Positions 59,452 to 64,000 of a DNA stretch of 64,000 bases are shown here, piece after piece. This DNA is from Candidatus Poribacteria bacterium (GTDB lineage Bacteria > Poribacteria > WGA-4E > PCPOR2b): NCBI GenBank assembly GCA_021295755.1, contig JAGWBT010000002.1, positions 7,256 to 71,255 of the forward strand, given 5' to 3'. Both the position numbers and the translations under genes were made by a program. A model generated the notes under the pieces. It was not told the origin of the DNA. It did no database searches and saw only the letters and a list, made by a program, of their open reading frames with translations. Each line of letters begins with the position of its first letter. The stretch's first letter is position 1.

Positions 59452-61608
59452 ATGATATGGATTACCGAAATAGTCTTAACAAAACTGAGTGCACTTCACG
59501 TGATATTCGGAGTGCGATGCTATCTTTCAGTATGTTTCATGTTATGCGTGACAACTACGATATATGGTGCTGAGGAGCAGGCGACAATAGGTGCCCGTGC
59601 CATCGGTATGGGAGGGGCATTCATCGGGGTTGCGGACGATGAAAACGCCGTGCGTCGAAACCCCGCCGGACTGCCCCGTTTGGATAGATATGCTGTAGGG
59701 TTTGAACAGACGCCCTCTGGGTTGTTCAAGGCATTGGAAACAAGCTATCTCAGCGCGGTTTTGCCAACCTCCGAGAAGATGGCGCTCGGCATTGATTGGC
59801 TGCAGGTTGGTATTGAAGACGAAGAGCTTGATTCAAGTCGTAGCAGCTTCAACTTCGCTTATAGTTATGCTCCCTTGTCTCAACTATCCCTTGGGGCAAA
59901 TCTAAAATACTTTACGTGGTCAATTGCACTGGATGGTCGATCAAGAGGGGCAGCAACAGGTTGGGGCACGGATGTTGGTCTTCTGTACCAGCCGCACCCC
60001 CGCTGGAAGTTGGGGATACTTGCGCAAGATTTTATCGGTTTTGGATCTAGGGAAGGATTGAGCTACGGCACTTGGATACGTCACGATTCAGATGTCAGCG
60101 AAAAGGTCTTTCCAACTGCATACAAATTTGGTATCGCATATCGTCCCGTTTCAGATTGGCTAATCTCGGCAGATCTGACAGACCGGTTGCAGCTCGGCAC
60201 AGAATTTGGGCCGACTCAAAATTTTGCCCTCCGTGCAGGATTCCAGAAAGATTTGTATACATCGGAGCCGCCGACCTATTCGATAGGCGGAAGCATAAGA
60301 TATAGATGGATGGATTTTAACGTTGCGTATCTTCTCCCTCCGACGTTGCCACCAACTGCCTATGTTGGGCTTTCACTCAGCTTCGATTTTCGGAAGTTGC
60401 CGGTGCTCATTGAGGATGTTCGCATAAGAGATCTCTATCCGGTTCTTCGTCGGTATTATGCTACATCGAATCGAGATCTAGAGAAGGAGATCTTGGATAG
60501 TGCTACGCCGCTCGTAATTACAGAGGCGGATCGAGAGTATTACTATCCACTTGAGAGAGCGAATCAGATTGGAAGGATTTGGCTCAAAAACGAGAGCAAC
60601 AAAGAGATAACCGTTCATATCAAACTCTTTATTCCTGAATTTGTCAGCAAAAACGGCACGGAAGTTGCTTCTGTTATTGAAATGCAGCCGTTAGAACGCG
60701 CTTCGGTGCCAATACAACAACTGGTCTTAACACCGAAGGCGCTGCAATTGTCGCAAAATCAACCTGTCGAGGCACAGATTCAAGTGATTGAGAGCGGTGG
60801 CTCCGCCTACCGAACTTTTCCTGTAACATTTTTGTTACACGATAATCATTCAATCCAGTTGGATGATGTTGCGAAACTTGCTTGTTTCATTTCCTCGGAA
60901 AGTTCGGCGGCGGATTCGGCAATTGGTGCGTTCATCAATCAGGTGCGTACTGCATTTCAGACGGAGATGGATACTGTGGATATGCCAGAGAATTTGTATG
61001 TCGCCATGTTGTTATTTAATGTTCTGCACGGTGTATCGTATGCGCGGGATCCAAATATACCACGGCAGAGGGGGACAATTGATGAAATTAAGTATCCCCA
61101 TGAAATGCTGGAGAGCCTCATGGGGCAGCACTCAGGAGATGACGATAAATCGACCTTTGGCGACTGTGATGACAGCACAGTCCTTTACTGCTCTCTGCTT
61201 GAATCAGTTGGCATCAAAACAGCACTCATTCAATTACAAAGTCATGTGTTGATGGCATTCAATCTAGGCAATATTTCTGTTAAACAAGCGCAGGAGATAG
61301 GCTTGCCCAACGATTACTACGAGACAGTCAACGGGCAGGCTTGGATTCCGATTGAGACAACCCTTATCAACAAAGGCTTTGCCGCTGCATGGCAGGAAGG
61401 GGGTCGATCGCTCCAAGCGGTAAATATCCGGGCTGAAACTGTTGAGGATGCCTGGGAAAAATATGGTGAGAGTTCCTTGCCGGGAAAACCGATCCAGTTT
61501 TCTATTCCAAAAGACCTCACCCAAAAACGGATCGATGCGGACCTCGCCACTCCATGGCTGATGGAATTTTTGAACGCACTCTCCGACGTTAGTCCATTAG
61601 TAGATTAG
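59452..61608 (+). CDS. PorV/PorQ-like (FadL-type) beta-barrel fused to a transglutaminase-like domain (start uncertain)
   Basis: GARAIGMGGAFIGVADDENAV..NPAGL, LSLGANLKY, DVGLLY, LRAG; C-terminal GDCDD, SHV, WIPIETT. Confidence 0.75.
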   Translation: MIWITEIVLTKLSALHVIFGVRCYLSVCFMLCVTTTIYGAEEQATIGARAIGMGGAFIGVADDENAVRRNPAGLPRLDRYAVGFEQTPSGLFKALETSYLSAVLPTSEKMALGIDWLQVGIEDEELDSSRSSFNFAYSYAPLSQLSLGANLKYFTWSIALDGRSRGAATGWGTDVGLLYQPHPRWKLGILAQDFIGFGSREGLSYGTWIRHDSDVSEKVFPTAYKFGIAYRPVSDWLISADLTDRLQLGTEFGPTQNFALRAGFQKDLYTSEPPTYSIGGSIRYRWMDFNVAYLLPPTLPPTAYVGLSLSFDFRKLPVLIEDVRIRDLYPVLRRYYATSNRDLEKEILDSATPLVITEADREYYYPLERANQIGRIWLKNESNKEITVHIKLFIPEFVSKNGTEVASVIEMQPLERASVPIQQLVLTPKALQLSQNQPVEAQIQVIESGGSAYRTFPVTFLLHDNHSIQLDDVAKLACFISSESSAADSAIGAFINQVRTAFQTEMDTVDMPENLYVAMLLFNVLHGVSYARDPNIPRQRGTIDEIKYPHEMLESLMGQHSGDDDKSTFGDCDDSTVLYCSLLESVGIKTALIQLQSHVLMAFNLGNISVKQAQEIGLPNDYYETVNGQAWIPIETTLINKGFAAAWQEGGRSLQAVNIRAETVEDAWEKYGESSLPGKPIQFSIPKDLTQKRIDADLATPWLMEFLNALSDVSPLVD

Positions 61609-61678
61609 TACATTCATTAATGAACCTGTAAACGAATGAACCAATGAACTAAAATAGGTTACACTAGGAGGAAACTCA

Positions 61679-62554
61679 ATGATAGCCCACAAAACCTTGA
61701 CCTCTACAATCTGTTTACTCTGTATGATGCTGGCGTACACCTCGTATGCCGAATCGGGAGAGTCAACAGCGACATTTACATTTGGTGAGATAGAAATTCT
61801 AAAAACTGGCGAACAGGAGTGGCGTTTTCTGGAGAAAGGCATGGTCCTCGCTGCAGACGATTTAGTGCGAATGCCACCTTTCTCGCTGATGCGATTAAAA
61901 ATAGAAGATGACACCCGCTTACCGACCCTGTCAGGTGGACGTGAGGTCCTTGTTCGTACGTTAATCAATGAAGGACTTCAGCACCGGGAAGCCCAAAAAG
62001 GGAGGCGGATTAGTGAAGATTTTGATGAAGATCCCGCAACGGATGTGCTGCCCGTTGGCAATAAGCGAAAAACACGGAATCGCGCTTCGGCTCTTGAGGG
62101 ACTACCTGCGGTGAAGGTAAGCCAGAGTGAACTGGAAACCCTCCGGCACAAAATCGATCTGCTTCCCGATGAGATTGCATCGTTGGTCTCTCCTGTCCTC
62201 GTTAACTCTGTCCGAGAAAATGCGGAAGATCCTGTGTATCCTGCGCCCAATCTGGACTTAGCTCGAAAAATCTACGGTATACTCAACAAGATTGAGGTGA
62301 AAATATCACGTCGTCCTTTGCTGTATGCTCAACTGCTTCACCATGCTGGTCTTAATGTTGATCTCGACGTAAATGAAAAAGGGCAGCTGTTCGTTGTTTT
62401 TGACAGTGAGGTCCTCTCCAACAACGCCAAACAGATTGCCGCAAATCAGCAGTTAATCCACGAGAGGCAGGGGGAAGATACGGTCTGGATTGCTGTGCAG
62501 ATCCAATCGTCTCAACAGAATTTCACGACAGCGTGGTATCAAGGGAGTCAGTAG
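61679..62554 (+). CDS. secreted protein with a FecR-like N-terminal domain
   Basis: RBS AGGAGG; signal peptide; GEIEILK..W..L..GM.L...D.VR. Confidence 0.55.
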   Translation: MIAHKTLTSTICLLCMMLAYTSYAESGESTATFTFGEIEILKTGEQEWRFLEKGMVLAADDLVRMPPFSLMRLKIEDDTRLPTLSGGREVLVRTLINEGLQHREAQKGRRISEDFDEDPATDVLPVGNKRKTRNRASALEGLPAVKVSQSELETLRHKIDLLPDEIASLVSPVLVNSVRENAEDPVYPAPNLDLARKIYGILNKIEVKISRRPLLYAQLLHHAGLNVDLDVNEKGQLFVVFDSEVLSNNAKQIAANQQLIHERQGEDTVWIAVQIQSSQQNFTTAWYQGSQ

Positions 62555-62625
62555 TAGAGGGAAAACAGGGGAGTGAGCCCGTGAGCAAATAAGTTGATTG
62601 CACATTTTACGCCTCACCCAACTTT

Positions 62626-64000
62626 ATGCTCTCAAAACTAGCGCGATCTCAGAAAGTATATCTCCTGATCGGCATCGTGAGCCTGCTGCCGTTCATAGTA
62701 GTTGGGTTTCTACGTGATCTGGGTACTTTTGAGTTTATTGAACTGAAGACGCTAGATAGCCGACTACGGTGGACTGCGCCTCCTGTTCCGCCAATTTCCT
62801 CTCAAGTTGCGTTGGTTACGATTGATGCCAAGAGTGAGGAGGTGCTTGGGCCGATGCCATGGCGTTCCGATCTTTACGCTGCGTTGATAAGAACTCTCCA
62901 GCAAGTAGATCCGAAGGCAATCGGTTTAGTTGCATCATTCAATCGTGAGTGGCCAGACGCACAGCGGATTCCCGGTAAAAAGCTATTTGTTATCCGGCCC
63001 TACCCTAAGCCGAAGACCGTAGACCGTCATGTGCTGCCAAAAGTCACCGATTGGCGCACCTTACCCGATAGTTTAGCACAAGCGCAGGGTTGGGGCTTTA
63101 GCTATTTTCCATTGAGTGATTCCGATGGCATTTGCCGCTCTGCTCAACTTGTCGTCGAAGATCGTGCCACAGGGACCTATCGTTACTCCCTCGTAATGTC
63201 GATCCTGTATCAAACCTATGGTGTTTTCCCGACCGCCGTAAAAGTGCGGGAGGGATTTTGGATTGGAAAACATCTGGAATTCAACTCGCCGGCGGGAGAG
63301 GTGGTTCGTATTCCTATTGACTCACGGGGGCGATTGTTCATTCGATTTGCCGGTGATGAGGGGGTGTTTCAACCTGTTTCTTTTGTTGATGCCCTATCAA
63401 TGTCGGATAATGAGACGGACCGATTTCGGCACGAATTTAGCAATAAGTGCATGTTGATTGGTATCACGACGGAAGGTGTCAACAAAAGGGCGACACCTTT
63501 GGGTGAACTGTCAGCACTGGCTCTGCGGGCAAATCTTCTCAACGGTCTGTTAAATCAAGATTTCGTTTGGCAATTTAGTCGAGGTGGAAATCGGCTCTAT
63601 ATTGTTTGTCTTGCGATTCTCTCTGCTGTAGCAACAATATTAATCTACCGGAGCGGACATAGTTACCGATCTATGCTACTTTTTGGCAGCGGATTGATAC
63701 TATGTCACCTTCTTTTTGTTGGTGGGATGTTTGTTCTCTTTGACCTTTGGATTGAAGTTACCGGATCAAGTCTGGCATTGCTGCTTAGTAGTGGGATCAG
63801 CAGCTTACTCCTAGCGCATCTTCGGCTGCGGCATTTGCTAGGGCAGTTACAAACGACGCAAGATCAGTTGGTCAGATCAGAAAAAGAAGCTGTGTTTGGT
63901 GTGATGTCGGCACGTGTTCGCCATGAGTTACGAAATGCCCTGAACCTGATCCGGGCTCCTGCAGAAATGATCCGGGTTAACTTCCAAAAGCAAGACCCTC
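62626..64000 (+). CDS. CHASE2-domain sensor histidine kinase (partial, runs off the window; absent from the ORF track)
   Basis: ELKTLDSRLRW, VTIDAKS..LGPMPWR, DSDGICR, TM helices, then QLVRSEK..RHELRNAL H-box in the same frame. Confidence 0.85.
   Translation, partial: MLSKLARSQKVYLLIGIVSLLPFIVVGFLRDLGTFEFIELKTLDSRLRWTAPPVPPISSQVALVTIDAKSEEVLGPMPWRSDLYAALIRTLQQVDPKAIGLVASFNREWPDAQRIPGKKLFVIRPYPKPKTVDRHVLPKVTDWRTLPDSLAQAQGWGFSYFPLSDSDGICRSAQLVVEDRATGTYRYSLVMSILYQTYGVFPTAVKVREGFWIGKHLEFNSPAGEVVRIPIDSRGRLFIRFAGDEGVFQPVSFVDALSMSDNETDRFRHEFSNKCMLIGITTEGVNKRATPLGELSALALRANLLNGLLNQDFVWQFSRGGNRLYIVCLAILSAVATILIYRSGHSYRSMLLFGSGLILCHLLFVGGMFVLFDLWIEVTGSSLALLLSSGISSLLLAHLRLRHLLGQLQTTQDQLVRSEKEAVFGVMSARVRHELRNALNLIRAPAEMIRVNFQKQDP

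Overview
A gene-dense bacterial window, mostly on the + strand. The gene mix (PhyH pair, WD40-cohesin-dockerin-CTD protein, DUF5916 expansion, cyanobacteria-like REP/MITE repeats) suggests Candidatus Poribacteria; this is an inference from content only. Housekeeping genes are purN, murA, hisD, htpG, leuB, pdxH, rnpA-yidD-yidC-jag-mnmE and argH. The features most worth following up are mostly missed or split by the ORF track: (1) a secreted thioredoxin-TPR protein with an in-frame UGA in a UxxC motif and a SECIS-like hairpin, probably a selenoprotein (25148-26032); (2) a group II intron (about 32598-33638) between a promoter and an OmpA-family gene, with a destroyed RT but an intact non-RT cargo ORF flanked by 6-bp direct repeats; (3) four mosaic CBM9/DUF5916 outer-membrane paralogues; (4) a T9SS-like cluster with a PorZ-like propeller protein, a PorV/PorQ-like barrel fused to a transglutaminase-like Cys-His-Glu domain, a FecR-like protein and a CHASE2 histidine kinase; (5) an AviRa-like rRNA methyltransferase; (6) a decayed tnpB-only IS200/IS605 element, MITEs, and several internally deleted pseudogenes. 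All family assignments come from motif recognition by eye; no database searches were run.
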